Shown here: piece by piece, positions 36,667 to 45,985 of the stretch
How positions within the stretch are numbered: position 1 is the stretch's first letter
Layout of the letters: every line of letters starts with the position of its first letter
Assembly: GCA_037387345.1 (NCBI GenBank)
Contig: JARRLD010000022.1
Span: 1 to 59,847 of the forward strand
Origin: Gemmatimonadota bacterium
GTDB taxonomy: Bacteria > Gemmatimonadota > Gemmatimonadetes > Longimicrobiales > Gaopeijiaceae
DNA length: 59,847 nt
Direction of reading: 5' to 3'
Made by a program: the position numbers and the translations under genes
Notes under the pieces: generated by a model
Seen by the model: the letters and a program-made list of their open reading frames with translations, nothing else
Told to the model about the DNA's origin: nothing
Databases searched by the model: none

Positions 36667-37779
36667 ATGAACTTCACGATCACCAGGCAGAACCTCCACA
36701 GCGGGCTGGCGGCGGTGTCGGCCAGCATCCCGTCGAAGACGACCCTGCCGGTGCTTTCCAACATCCTCTTCGAGGTCCGCGAGAATTCCGTCTGGATGAG
36801 CGGCACGGATCTCGATGTGGCCGTCCGCGTTCGGGTGCCCGCGGACGTGAAGGAAGAGGGTAGTCTCACGGCGCCGGGCAAGAAGCTCCAGGAGATCACG
36901 CGGGAGCTTCCGGATGAGCCGGTGGACGTGTCGACGCGAGGCGACCAGATCGAGCTCAGATGTGGGCGTAGCAACTTCAAGTTCAACGGGCTTCCCGCCG
37001 AGGAGTTTCCCTCACTCCCGTCCATCGACTTCGAGCAGGGCTGGAGAGTCAAGGGGAAGGATCTGCACGGGCTGATTCATCACACCGCCTTTGCCGTGTC
37101 TACGGAGGAGAGCCGACCCATCCTGAACGGCGTGTTGTGGGAGCTACGAGACGGGTCCATGACGATGGTGGCCACCAACGGGCACCGTCTCGCTCGGATG
37201 GGGATTCCGGCGGATTCCGCCAGCGTGCCTTCCGCAGACTTCATCGTGCCGCCGGCGGCCCTGCAGCACGTGCAGAGGCTGTTCAAAGGGGAGGAGGAGC
37301 TCAGCGTGGCACGCGAAGGAAACCATCTCGGGTTCAGCGCGGAGGCCACCGAGGTCTTCACACGGCTCATCGATGGGAGCTATCCCAACTACGACCAGGT
37401 CATTCCCAAGGACAATGACCGCATTGCGGCGGTGCACAAGAAGGCTCTGGAGTCTGCCGTGCGCCGCATGGCTGTGGTGGCCTCGGACCAGACGCACCGC
37501 ATTCGCCTCAAGTTCGAGAGCGGCCGCGTCCACCTGAACGTGCTCACCCCGGACCTGGGGGAAGGACATGACGAGCTGGAGGTGGGATACGAAGGAGAGG
37601 AGATGGAGATTGGCTTCAACGCCAATTACCTTCTTGAGGTCCTGCGGTACATGCCCACGGACGAGGTGAGGGTCACCTTCAAGGCTCCGGAGCGCGCCGC
37701 GACCATCGAGCCGATTCCCGAGGGGGATGAAGCGATGGATTATCTCTGCTTGGTGATGCCTTTGAGGCTGCTCGACTAG
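36667..37779 (+). CDS. dnaN: DNA polymerase III beta sliding clamp
   Basis: MNFTITRQNLHSGLAAVSASIPSKTTLPVLSNILFE...ILNGVLWE...ATNGHRLA...DGSYPNYDQVIP...MPLRL. Confidence 0.95.
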   Translation: MNFTITRQNLHSGLAAVSASIPSKTTLPVLSNILFEVRENSVWMSGTDLDVAVRVRVPADVKEEGSLTAPGKKLQEITRELPDEPVDVSTRGDQIELRCGRSNFKFNGLPAEEFPSLPSIDFEQGWRVKGKDLHGLIHHTAFAVSTEESRPILNGVLWELRDGSMTMVATNGHRLARMGIPADSASVPSADFIVPPAALQHVQRLFKGEEELSVAREGNHLGFSAEATEVFTRLIDGSYPNYDQVIPKDNDRIAAVHKKALESAVRRMAVVASDQTHRIRLKFESGRVHLNVLTPDLGEGHDELEVGYEGEEMEIGFNANYLLEVLRYMPTDEVRVTFKAPERAATIEPIPEGDEAMDYLCLVMPLRLLD

Positions 37780-37985
37780 AGGTCTCCTTCACGGAGCGGA
37801 GGGGGGTTTTTTGGGGCGGTAGGTCCAACGAGGCCGACCGCCCCGTGGTCGTTCGGATGGCCCGTGGCGGGCCCTCGGGTCGCCTTACGACGATGACCGC
37901 ACGAACGCAGGGGGGCGCGGTGGGTAAGAATTGCCGATGCCGAGTCCCAACATCCGTGGAGGAGCGTCGTCCGCCTCGGTCACTC

Positions 37986-38893
37986 ATGCGTTTACCTCAG
38001 CGAAACCTTCCGACCGCCGGTAGCCTGTGCCGGCGGCGCCTGTTGAGGAGCTACCTTGCGCTCCTGCTCGCCACCGGATCGCTGTCGGCCTGTGGCGACA
38101 ATGGCACCGCCCCGCCAGGCACATTGCGCTTCGGCCAGCTCGGCCAGATCCGTGCCGAGCTCATGGTGCCCCTTCGGGGTGCTTCCACCCTTGCAGCCGG
38201 CCAGCTCCGTCAGGTCCTCACCTGGGAGTCGGGGGGCTCCTGGACCCTGGAGGAGTCCATCTCGTATCGGGGGCTCCTGGGCGACGACGAGCTCCGGCAC
38301 AATCCGGGGAATGCGGCGCTGTTTGCCGCCGACTACGCTTCCCTGATCACCCAGTTGAACGAGGTCCAGGGACTGGAGCTCTTCATCGACGAGCTGCCCC
38401 GGGATACAGACCCGCAGTGTGGACAGACCGGCACGCGTCTCTCCTTCTCCATCCGGGACGATATTCGCGACGAGGAGTACACCTGGATCCGATGCGTCTC
38501 CGGGTCGTTGGGGAACCTTACACCGGTGGGCGCCGGTCCCGACCCGTCCGCTTCCCGGGTTGCCCTGGCCACGATGCTGGCCCGGGACCGTACCCTGGGC
38601 GAAGACTTCGTCTCGGCCTATGCCGGCAGCGTGCCGGTCGGTACCCTCGACCGGGGCGAAGATACGCCTACGCGTCTCAGCGCGCCGGTGGCCTTCCTGG
38701 ACGAGAGGAGGTTCGGCGGGTCCTCCAGGTATATGAAGGGACCCTCACGGAGATCTTCGAGCGGGTCCCTGGCGACTTCTGTTCCCCGGCTGCGCAGAGC
38801 CACGTGCCATTCCACATCATCGTCGCACCCCGGACGCCCGCTCCCATCCGCTTTGCGGATATACGGGTCGAGCGTGTACCCTGCGGGGTATGA
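37986..38893 (+). pseudogene. lipoprotein of unknown function, with a -1 reading-frame break near 38705 (or a sequencing error)
   Basis: ATG 37986: MRLPQRNLPTAGSLCRRRLLRSYLALLLATGSLSACGDNG (lipobox LSAC). Protein-like sequence runs in the frame of 37986 up to ...SAPVAFLDE. That frame then becomes Arg/Ser-rich junk overlapping the kinase gene. The -1 frame reads EEVRRVLQVYEGTLTEIFERVPGDFCSPAAQSHVPFHIIVAPRTPAPIRFADIRVERVPCGV* with higher GC3 and stops 3 nt before the kinase ATG. Confidence 0.5.
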
Positions 38894-38896
38894 CGG

Positions 38897-40345
38897 ATGT
38901 CCATCCGCGCGCTGTTCACTACCGCCATCGTGGCCTTTGCCATCATGGTGTCTGCTTCCGGGGGCTATCTGGCGTGGCGCGAAGCCAGGAGGGCGGTGGA
39001 GGCCGAGTTGGATCAGCGAGCGTCCTGGGTGGCCGGAGCCGCTGCAGAGACGGGACTCCAGGCGACGATCCTGGAGAGTCTTCAGCCGGGTTTCGAGGAC
39101 CTGCGAGCCTGGACCAGCAACCACGCGCGCCTCGAGCGTCTGCTCAACTACGTGTCCGAGGCCTACGTGGTGGCCCAGGACAACACGGTGCTCGTAAGCT
39201 CCTTTCCGGCTGACTCCTTCCCCATCGGCACACCACTGCGGTTCCTTGAGCCCTTCGACCAGGAGTTGGATTCCGCACGCGCCTGGGGGAGCGCGACGAC
39301 GCGGTCCTTCACCGGCACGGACAACCGACAGTACAAGTGGGGCTTCGCCAAGCTCGAGCAGTCCCCGTTGGTTCTCGCCGTGCTCATGCCAGCCGACTAT
39401 CTGTCCCCGCTGGACACGCTCCGTGAGAACCTGCTCATCGGCTCCCTGGTTGCGGCAGTCCTGGCGACGCTCCTCGCCGCGCTGCTCGCCGCGGGCATCA
39501 TCCGTCCTCTCGAACGACTCAGCCGGGTGGCCCTGCGAATCCAACGGGGGCACATGGACGAACCGGTAGCCATCGAGCGAGGAGTGGAGCTCGGGCGTCT
39601 CTCCCGCGCCATGGAGCGAATGCGGCAGGGCGTACAGGAACGGGACGAGCAGCTGCGGCTGATGTTGGCGCAGGTGGCCCACGAGATCCGCAATCCCCTC
39701 GGAGGATTGGAGCTGTTCGCATCGGCCGCCGCGGATGCCCACGACGGAGACGAGCGGGTTCGGTTGATGGCCAGGATTCGGGAGGAGATCATCGCCCTCA
39801 ACCGTATCATCGACGACTTCCTCACCTTCGCCCGTCCCCTGGCACCTGCCCGGGAGCTCGGCGATCTGAGGGTGCCTCTCAGCGAGGCAGCGGAGCTGGT
39901 GCGTGCCCAGATGAAGCAGGGCGGAGGGGAGCTTCGGCTCGTGCTGCCGGAGGAGCCGCTGCTCGCGTCGGTGGATCCCCAGCACGCGAAGCGCGCCGTG
40001 CTCAACCTCCTGCGCAACGCGGCGCAGGTCGCGAAGAACGTGGAGCTGACCTCCTTCGTCCGGGGTGGCGAGATCGTGGTGGCGGTGGCGGACGACGGTC
40101 CGGGAGTCCCCGCCGGTCTCCGGGATCGAATCTTCGATCCGTTCGTGACCGACAAGGAGCAGGGTGCCGGCCTGGGCCTGGCCATCGTCCGCAAGATCGC
40201 CGAAGCTCACCACGGACGTGTGGAGCTCGTCCGACGGAAGGAAACAAATGGTGGGAGGGGATCGGAGTTCCGCATATATTTCCGGAGTCTGGAAGATCCT
40301 CCACCCGCGTCCAGGCTTCCGGCGGTTGCCGAGGCAGCCAGATAG
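38897..40345 (+). CDS. sensor histidine kinase (2 TM, periplasmic domain, HAMP, HisKA, HATPase_c)
   Basis: TM1 ALFTTAIVAFAIMVSASGGYLAW, TM2 LLIGSLVAAVLATLLAALLAAGII, HAMP RPLERLSRVALRIQRGH, H-box LAQVAHEIRNPLGG, and G-boxes DDGPGVP...GAGLGLAIV. Confidence 0.88.
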   Translation: MSIRALFTTAIVAFAIMVSASGGYLAWREARRAVEAELDQRASWVAGAAAETGLQATILESLQPGFEDLRAWTSNHARLERLLNYVSEAYVVAQDNTVLVSSFPADSFPIGTPLRFLEPFDQELDSARAWGSATTRSFTGTDNRQYKWGFAKLEQSPLVLAVLMPADYLSPLDTLRENLLIGSLVAAVLATLLAALLAAGIIRPLERLSRVALRIQRGHMDEPVAIERGVELGRLSRAMERMRQGVQERDEQLRLMLAQVAHEIRNPLGGLELFASAAADAHDGDERVRLMARIREEIIALNRIIDDFLTFARPLAPARELGDLRVPLSEAAELVRAQMKQGGGELRLVLPEEPLLASVDPQHAKRAVLNLLRNAAQVAKNVELTSFVRGGEIVVAVADDGPGVPAGLRDRIFDPFVTDKEQGAGLGLAIVRKIAEAHHGRVELVRRKETNGGRGSEFRIYFRSLEDPPPASRLPAVAEAAR

Positions 40346-40354
40346 CGCGCGCCC

Positions 40355-41764
40355 ATGGCCGAGATCCTGATCATCGAAGACCACGCCGCCATGCGGGAGG
40401 GGCTGGAGCTGCTCCTGAGGCGCAGAGGTCACCGTACGCGGGTCGCTGACAGCGGCAAGCGGGGCCTGGAGTTGCTGGCCGAGGAGGTGGCTGATCTGGT
40501 GATCACGGATCTCAAGATGGCCCGCATGGACGGAATCGAGGTCCTCCGGCGCGTGAAACGGCACACACCCGACACCGAAGTCATGGTCATCACGGCCCAC
40601 GGCACCATCGAGAAGGTCGTGGAAGCCATGAAGCTGGGTGCGGCAGACTACATCACGAAGCCGTTCTCCTCGGAAGAGTTCGCGGTCAAGGTCGATCGCC
40701 TGGTGGCGGAGCACTATGAGCGAGCCCGTCTCCGTCGGGAGAACGTGGCCCTCAAGGTGGAGAACACCTACCTGAGGGAGGAGACCCAGGCCCGGTACGG
40801 TGAGATCGTGGGGGAGTCTCCGCCCATGACCCAGGTGTTCCGTTGGGTCGACCGGATCGCACGAAGTGACTCGACGGTCATGATCTACGGTGAATCCGGG
40901 ACGGGGAAGGAGCTGGTGGCGAGGGCCATTCATGCCGGATCACCGCGCTGTGACGGACCCTTTGTGCGTGTGAACTGCGGTGCGCTTACCGAGAGTCTTC
41001 TGGACTCGGAGCTCTTCGGCCACGAGAAGGGTGCGTTCACCGGCGCGGAGCGACGGCGTCGGGGGCGCTTCGAGCTCGCGGACGGAGGTACGTTGTTCCT
41101 CGACGAGATCGCCACGGTTCCCCATACGACACAGGTGCGCCTGCTGCGTGTCCTTCAGGAGCGGGAGCTCGAGAGGGTCGGCGGTGAGGAGACCCTTCCG
41201 GTGGACGTGCGCATCATTGCCGCCACGAATGCTACGGCCGACCGGCTTCTGTCAGACGGCACGTTCAGGGAGGACCTCTTCTATCGCCTCCACGTTGTGC
41301 CGATCACGCTGCCTCCGCTTCGCGACAGGAAGGAAGACATCCCCCTGCTGGTCAACCACTTCATCGACAAGCTGCACGCGAGGACGGCATCTCCCGCGCT
41401 CACGGCTACGCCCGGGACCTTGAAGCGACTGGCAGCGTACGGCTGGCCCGGCAATGTCCGGGAGCTCGAAAACGTGATCGAGCGTGCCCTCGTCATGGCG
41501 GATGGAGAAGAGCTGACAGAGGACTACCTCCCGCCCCTCGGCGGAGCGGTCCCCTCGCACAGCGCCTTCGGCGACGGAGTCCCGCGCAGAGATCTTCCCG
41601 AGGGAGGATTGGACCTCAATCAGGCGGTGGAAGGGATCGAGGAGCGGCTTCTGCGACAGGCGCTGGAGCAGGCTAGCGGCGTCAAGGCCGAAGCCGCTCG
41701 GCTTCTCGGCCTGAAGCCGAGCGCGCTCTATTACAAGCTCGAGAAGTACGGAATCGAGGCATGA
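40355..41764 (+). CDS. sigma-54-dependent response regulator (NtrC family: REC, AAA+, Fis-type HTH)
   Basis: REC (DLVITDLKMARMDG), Walker A GESGTGKELVARAIH, the sigma-54 contact loop GHEKGAFTGA, and the C-terminal HTH AARLLGLKPSALYYKLEKYGI. Confidence 0.92.
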   Translation: MAEILIIEDHAAMREGLELLLRRRGHRTRVADSGKRGLELLAEEVADLVITDLKMARMDGIEVLRRVKRHTPDTEVMVITAHGTIEKVVEAMKLGAADYITKPFSSEEFAVKVDRLVAEHYERARLRRENVALKVENTYLREETQARYGEIVGESPPMTQVFRWVDRIARSDSTVMIYGESGTGKELVARAIHAGSPRCDGPFVRVNCGALTESLLDSELFGHEKGAFTGAERRRRGRFELADGGTLFLDEIATVPHTTQVRLLRVLQERELERVGGEETLPVDVRIIAATNATADRLLSDGTFREDLFYRLHVVPITLPPLRDRKEDIPLLVNHFIDKLHARTASPALTATPGTLKRLAAYGWPGNVRELENVIERALVMADGEELTEDYLPPLGGAVPSHSAFGDGVPRRDLPEGGLDLNQAVEGIEERLLRQALEQASGVKAEAARLLGLKPSALYYKLEKYGIEA

Positions 41765-42687
41765 AGCTTTCCTGCCGGGTATGGAGCGGATGGCTGCGAT
41801 CGCGGCGCCCCCTCCTCGTGGTGCTGGCGTCGCTCGCGCCTGTGGGAGCCCGTGGTCAGTCGCTGGAGGAGCAGGTCATCCAGCGACGCCTCGAGTTCCA
41901 GCAAGCGGAGCTGGAATATGAAGCAGCCCGCGCGGCACTCAGCGTCGTGGATCGCCAGTTCTCCGCGGCGCTCAACACGGTTCGGGAGGCCCACCGCACC
42001 GGCGACGACCAGGCCCTGGAGTCAGCCTACGCCCAGGCCCAGGCCCGCTCGGGGCCACTCGCGGCTCAGGAGCGCAGGGTCGACGAGGCCCGCCAAAGAC
42101 TCGCCGAGGCCCGACAGGCGTTCGTCGAGGTGCTCAACCTCAGCCTCCAGCAGCTCGCCGTCGCGATGTCGGAGGCGCCCACGGAGCTGCGACTGACGGA
42201 GATCGACGCCATCTATCGAGACCGTCGGGCGGAGCTGTCCCGGCTCGAGGACGGGGGTGAGGAGCATGCCTTCCGCATCGACGTCGCCATCCTCCCCGAC
42301 ATCAACTTCGATCCGAGGGACGGCCCCGAGGAGCTCGAGACCAAGGCACAGCTGGTGGAGGCGTACGCCGCGCTCGTGGATACGGTCATCTCCGACATCG
42401 ACCGGCGCGTGGAGCTGCTCAACGAACAGGCCCGCAGCGACCGGCAGCGGGAGGATCTGCTGCGGGCTGTCGGTCGCTTCGACGATACGAACCTGCCTGT
42501 CGGTGTCACCACGGGTCCGCCTGGGAGCGATGCGGCCGCGGACAGCACCGGGGTGGGCAATCGCCCCCTGACCCTCGAGGAGCGGATCGAGGAGCTCATG
42601 TCGTACAGGGCGCAGCTGGTGGGCTACCGGGACCAGGTGCTCATCAAGGCGAGAACGTTCCGGTCTCGGTTGAGGTCGATCGTATGA
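41761..42687 (+). CDS. secreted coiled-coil protein of unknown function
   Basis: ATGA overlap with the regulator stop. A signal-like N-terminus (RRPLLVVLASLAPVGARGQS) is followed by long heptad-like Ala/Glu/Arg/Gln-rich helices. No family recognised. Confidence 0.6.
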   Translation: MKLSCRVWSGWLRSRRPLLVVLASLAPVGARGQSLEEQVIQRRLEFQQAELEYEAARAALSVVDRQFSAALNTVREAHRTGDDQALESAYAQAQARSGPLAAQERRVDEARQRLAEARQAFVEVLNLSLQQLAVAMSEAPTELRLTEIDAIYRDRRAELSRLEDGGEEHAFRIDVAILPDINFDPRDGPEELETKAQLVEAYAALVDTVISDIDRRVELLNEQARSDRQREDLLRAVGRFDDTNLPVGVTTGPPGSDAAADSTGVGNRPLTLEERIEELMSYRAQLVGYRDQVLIKARTFRSRLRSIV

Positions 42688-43820
42688 GGCGGCGGATCAG
42701 CTACGCACGCGCTCTGGTTTTCACGTCGGCGATGTTGGCCGTGAGCGGATCAGCTGCGCCGGCCGAAAGCCAGGTGCGGTTCCGTGACCTGGTGGTCACT
42801 CTTGGGGGGTCCGCGGAATCCTACTCGGGCAACTTTTCCGCGGTGACGCTGCCGATCGTGGACAGCACCGAAGACGCTACGGCGGCGGTGGGGGAGGTCG
42901 CCGTCAGCGGCTCGCTGATTCTGCTCGGCTCGCGGACGCGGAGCTTCGACGTCTCCTTCGACGGAGGGATGCGCCAGGCCGCGGCCTTCGGGTTCGAGGA
43001 GCTCGACTACGCTCCGAGAGAATGGGTGGGCTCGGTGTCGCCGCGGTTCATCCAGGGGCTGGGAAGCTGGGGGTCCCTGCGCGTGCGGGGGCTTTACCGA
43101 GGGAGATCCGTCCAGGACAGGCCGCCCATGCCCCTGTTCCTACAGCCGGGCTATTCGATGCTGCAGGGTGTCGTCGGCCTGATTACCCGGTCGTTCGACG
43201 GCCTGAGCTTCGACGCACGCGTGGATGTCGAGGAAACGGATTACGGGGCCCTGGCGCTCGTTCCGCAGCTGGACCTCCTGGATCGAAGGTCGTCCGGAGT
43301 CGAGGTGGGGCTGCGGTGGGGGGCGACATCGACGATCCGGGTCCACGGGGGTCTGCGCTGGACGGAGTACAGCAATCAGGGAAGCTTCGATCCGGACGAT
43401 CCCTTCCGGCGGGACCGCACCGCGCGGGTGGGCATGGAGTGGACACATTCCGGGCACGTCTTTGCGCAGGTGGGGCTCGACGGGGCAATGAATCGGTCGA
43501 ATTCCGACAGACCCGAGTACGATGCAGTCAGCTTCCGGGCGCTCGTCACCACGCCCCTGCCTGCGGGCTTCTCGCTGAATGCCTATGCGGTGCTCACGGA
43601 CAAGGGCTATCTGCACGAGACGGATTTCGCCCGGCTGGTTCCCGGAGAGGAGGCCGATAACGCGTCCATCGCGTACCTGCAGGTCGGGCGGTCGCTCGCA
43701 TCCAACCTGGACGGCGCCGTGCGGCTGGGATGGACGCGCGCGGAGACCGACTTCGGGCAAGCGTACTATGAGCGCTTCGGTCTCTCGGTGCACGCCAACT
43801 ATCGGCCGCTGACGCGCTGA
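42684..43820 (+). CDS. putative outer-membrane beta-barrel protein of unknown function
   Basis: ATGA overlap with the previous gene. Signal peptide ARALVFTSAMLAVSGSAAPAESQ, then repeated alternating hydrophobic/polar strands with aromatic girdle residues (e.g. VRLGWTRAETDFGQAYYERFGLSVHANY). No family recognised. Confidence 0.55.
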   Translation: MRRRISYARALVFTSAMLAVSGSAAPAESQVRFRDLVVTLGGSAESYSGNFSAVTLPIVDSTEDATAAVGEVAVSGSLILLGSRTRSFDVSFDGGMRQAAAFGFEELDYAPREWVGSVSPRFIQGLGSWGSLRVRGLYRGRSVQDRPPMPLFLQPGYSMLQGVVGLITRSFDGLSFDARVDVEETDYGALALVPQLDLLDRRSSGVEVGLRWGATSTIRVHGGLRWTEYSNQGSFDPDDPFRRDRTARVGMEWTHSGHVFAQVGLDGAMNRSNSDRPEYDAVSFRALVTTPLPAGFSLNAYAVLTDKGYLHETDFARLVPGEEADNASIAYLQVGRSLASNLDGAVRLGWTRAETDFGQAYYERFGLSVHANYRPLTR

Positions 43821-43830
43821 GGGCCGGGGG

Positions 43831-44577
43831 TCAGCCGCTCCCGGCGGGCCCTGCCCAGAAGGCCCACGCGATCCAGGGCCCGTCGTGGGACAGGGACACG
43901 TCGGCCGGGGCCTCCGAGCCGTCCAAGAGGACCATCGGCGGCTTCCGTTCGCCGAGCCCGGGATGTCTCACGATCTCGAGGCGCGCATCGTCCACGTCCA
44001 TCGCATGGGCCATTGCAGACCGGGCATCGATGCGGACCGCGACGGACACGGATGAGCTTGCCGCCTCGGCCTCCCGCGGGGACAGCAGATCCCGCAGCCT
44101 GTCTGCAGTCTCCTGTCCGTAGTGAGCGATCTCCGCCAGGCGACGCCTTCCTGCCACGATCTCATAGAGGAGGTCGATCCGACCCCCCAATATCGCCACG
44201 GCGTGGAGCACCCCGAACTCGTGCCTCACCTCGACCGGGGTCTCCACATTCTCACAGGAGACGACGCCTCTTCGGACGGTTGACTCGTCTCCCAACCGTG
44301 CCATGCCGCGGCAGGTCCAGGCCACGCGGAACGCCGCGTGGCCGAATACGGGAGGGCGCTTCCGCATCTTGGCCACGACCTTGTAGGCAGCCTCCTTCGC
44401 CGCCCACAGGCACCAGAGCTCGAGGTCGGGATCCGTTCTCGCGCTGAGCGCCGGACGCTCCGACGCGTCGAGGATCCGCGAGACGAACCGTTCGTCCCCG
44501 GCCTTGCCACGTACCCGGGGATTCGAGAGATCCACCACGTCGTTGCCCACAAGCACCGGCGGCGCCATCGTCGACAT
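43831..44577 (-). CDS. 4-prime-phosphopantetheinyl transferase family protein (Sfp-type)
   Basis: VGNDVVDLS...FVSRILDASE...WAAKEAAYK...VSLSHDGPWIAWAF. Start uncertain (ATG 44577 or 44568; track 44631). Confidence 0.72.
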   Translation of the reverse strand: MSTMAPPVLVGNDVVDLSNPRVRGKAGDERFVSRILDASERPALSARTDPDLELWCLWAAKEAAYKVVAKMRKRPPVFGHAAFRVAWTCRGMARLGDESTVRRGVVSCENVETPVEVRHEFGVLHAVAILGGRIDLLYEIVAGRRRLAEIAHYGQETADRLRDLLSPREAEAASSSVSVAVRIDARSAMAHAMDVDDARLEIVRHPGLGERKPPMVLLDGSEAPADVSLSHDGPWIAWAFWAGPAGSG

Positions 44578-44593
44578 CCTCCAGGTCGCTATG

Positions 44594-45922
44594 TCATGAT
44601 CCCCGGTACACGACTCGCCATATCCGACCACGGGAGGAATCGGATATGAACAGGGATCCGTCGGGGCCGGTGGATAGCCCTACGGGTCGCGCTACAGACG
44701 CGTTGTCACCCTCGCGGCGGAATCCGTCCGCGAAGGTCTCCCAGGTCGTGTCCGGTCCGTTCGCCGAGGCCGGAACGAAGACGACGCGGTAGCCGTCCTG
44801 GGGTCTTGGGGCCCGGTTCCAGGAACCGTGAAAGGCGATGAACGCGCCCCCGCGATAGGCAGCGGGGAACTGGGTGCCCGAGTAGAACTCCAGGTCATTC
44901 GGTGCCCAGTGAGCGGGGAAGCCGATGATGGGCATGTCCTTGTCGGCGCAGCGACCGACCTGGGCGCCGTCCCCGCCGTATTCCGGGGCCAGGACCTTGG
45001 CGCCGGTCTCGGGATCGTGGTAGCAGTACGGCCATCCGAAGTCGGATCCCTCAACAATCCGGACGAATTCCTCGGAAGGCTTTTCGGCGTTCTGATCCAC
45101 CGTGAAGAGGTCCGGGAACATGCCGTGCAGCTGGTCGCGTCCGTGCATGACACCGTATAGCACGTTGGTTCCCGGGTGGACCTGAAGCGCCACCACGTTT
45201 CTCAGGCCCGTCGCGAAGCGCGTGCCGTCGGCCTGGGTCTGACCCGTGCGGTCGGCGTCAAACCTCCAGATTCCCGCCCGATCTTCGAGTTGACGGCAGG
45301 GGTCCTGTCCGGGCGACCCCGCCGTGCGGCTCTCCACCATGCAGGCGTTCGACGGCGCCCCGATGTTCACGTACAGGCTTCCGTCCGACCCCAGGGCGAT
45401 GCTCTTGGCTGTGTGGTTCCGCGTGTCGGGCAGGCCGGAGACGATGGTGTCCGGCGGGCCGGAAGGCACCATGGCGCCTTCGTCGAGGGGATACCGCAAG
45501 ACCGCGTCGTCGGGAGCGTGATAGACGAACCCCTCGGCGATGAGCACGTCGTTCCCCCCGTTCTCGCCCCAGGTCTGCGAGCGGTCGGCAACCCCGTCGC
45601 CGTCGGTGTCCCGCAGCACGGTGACGCCCCCGGTCTGGATCGGGGCGTCGCGAGACGTCCTCCGGTTCCGTCGGGCGACGAAGACGTCACCGTTGGCGGC
45701 GATCTCCACGTGCCGCGTACCGGGGAGGCTGTCTACGAACAGGATGGCGCAGAATCCGTCGGGGAGCGTAATGCCTCCGTTGTCCGCAGCACACTGGCTG
45801 GCAAGCGCCGACGGTGTTTCCTCGCTGGGGGCCGCGGAGGATTCGTCCGGGCCCGATGAGCATGCCGCCGCGGCGCACGCGGCCAGGGCGGTCAGGAATC
45901 CGGGAACTGGGCGGATGGTCAT
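44594..45922 (-). CDS. PQQ-dependent sugar (glucose/sorbosone) dehydrogenase family lipoprotein
   Basis: ATG 45922 with GGAG upstream. Lipobox LTALAAC, then beta-propeller blocks ...GLRNVVAL..HPGTNVLYGVMHGRD...DFGWPYCY.... Confidence 0.82.
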   Translation of the reverse strand: MTIRPVPGFLTALAACAAAACSSGPDESSAAPSEETPSALASQCAADNGGITLPDGFCAILFVDSLPGTRHVEIAANGDVFVARRNRRTSRDAPIQTGGVTVLRDTDGDGVADRSQTWGENGGNDVLIAEGFVYHAPDDAVLRYPLDEGAMVPSGPPDTIVSGLPDTRNHTAKSIALGSDGSLYVNIGAPSNACMVESRTAGSPGQDPCRQLEDRAGIWRFDADRTGQTQADGTRFATGLRNVVALQVHPGTNVLYGVMHGRDQLHGMFPDLFTVDQNAEKPSEEFVRIVEGSDFGWPYCYHDPETGAKVLAPEYGGDGAQVGRCADKDMPIIGFPAHWAPNDLEFYSGTQFPAAYRGGAFIAFHGSWNRAPRPQDGYRVVFVPASANGPDTTWETFADGFRREGDNASVARPVGLSTGPDGSLFISDSSRGRIWRVVYRGS

Positions 45923-45985
45923 GGGGATCACTCCGATGGAATCGCTTGGGAGGAGTCGGACCATGGCAGATTCAGAAGTGGTCCG

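Noticed and set aside
37780-37845. Possible intrinsic terminator after dnaN (ctcc-ttcac-ggag, then ggggggttttttgggg)
   Set aside because: The hairpin next to the T-run has only 4 bp. The stronger 8-bp stem (ggggcggt/accgcccc, 37813-37844) is not followed by a T-run. Support is insufficient to report it as a feature.
37921-37936. sigma-54-like element tgggtaagaattgc upstream of the lipoprotein gene
   Set aside because: The GG and GC dinucleotides are 9 nt apart rather than the required 10. Several other TGGCAC occurrences (e.g. 3476, 9320, 53949) also have wrong spacing or lie inside CDSs. No credible sigma-54 promoter was found by eye.
38618-40933. 771-aa minus-strand ORF across the kinase and response-regulator genes
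   Set aside because: It is antisense to two genes with complete catalytic motifs. The translation is low-complexity with no domain.
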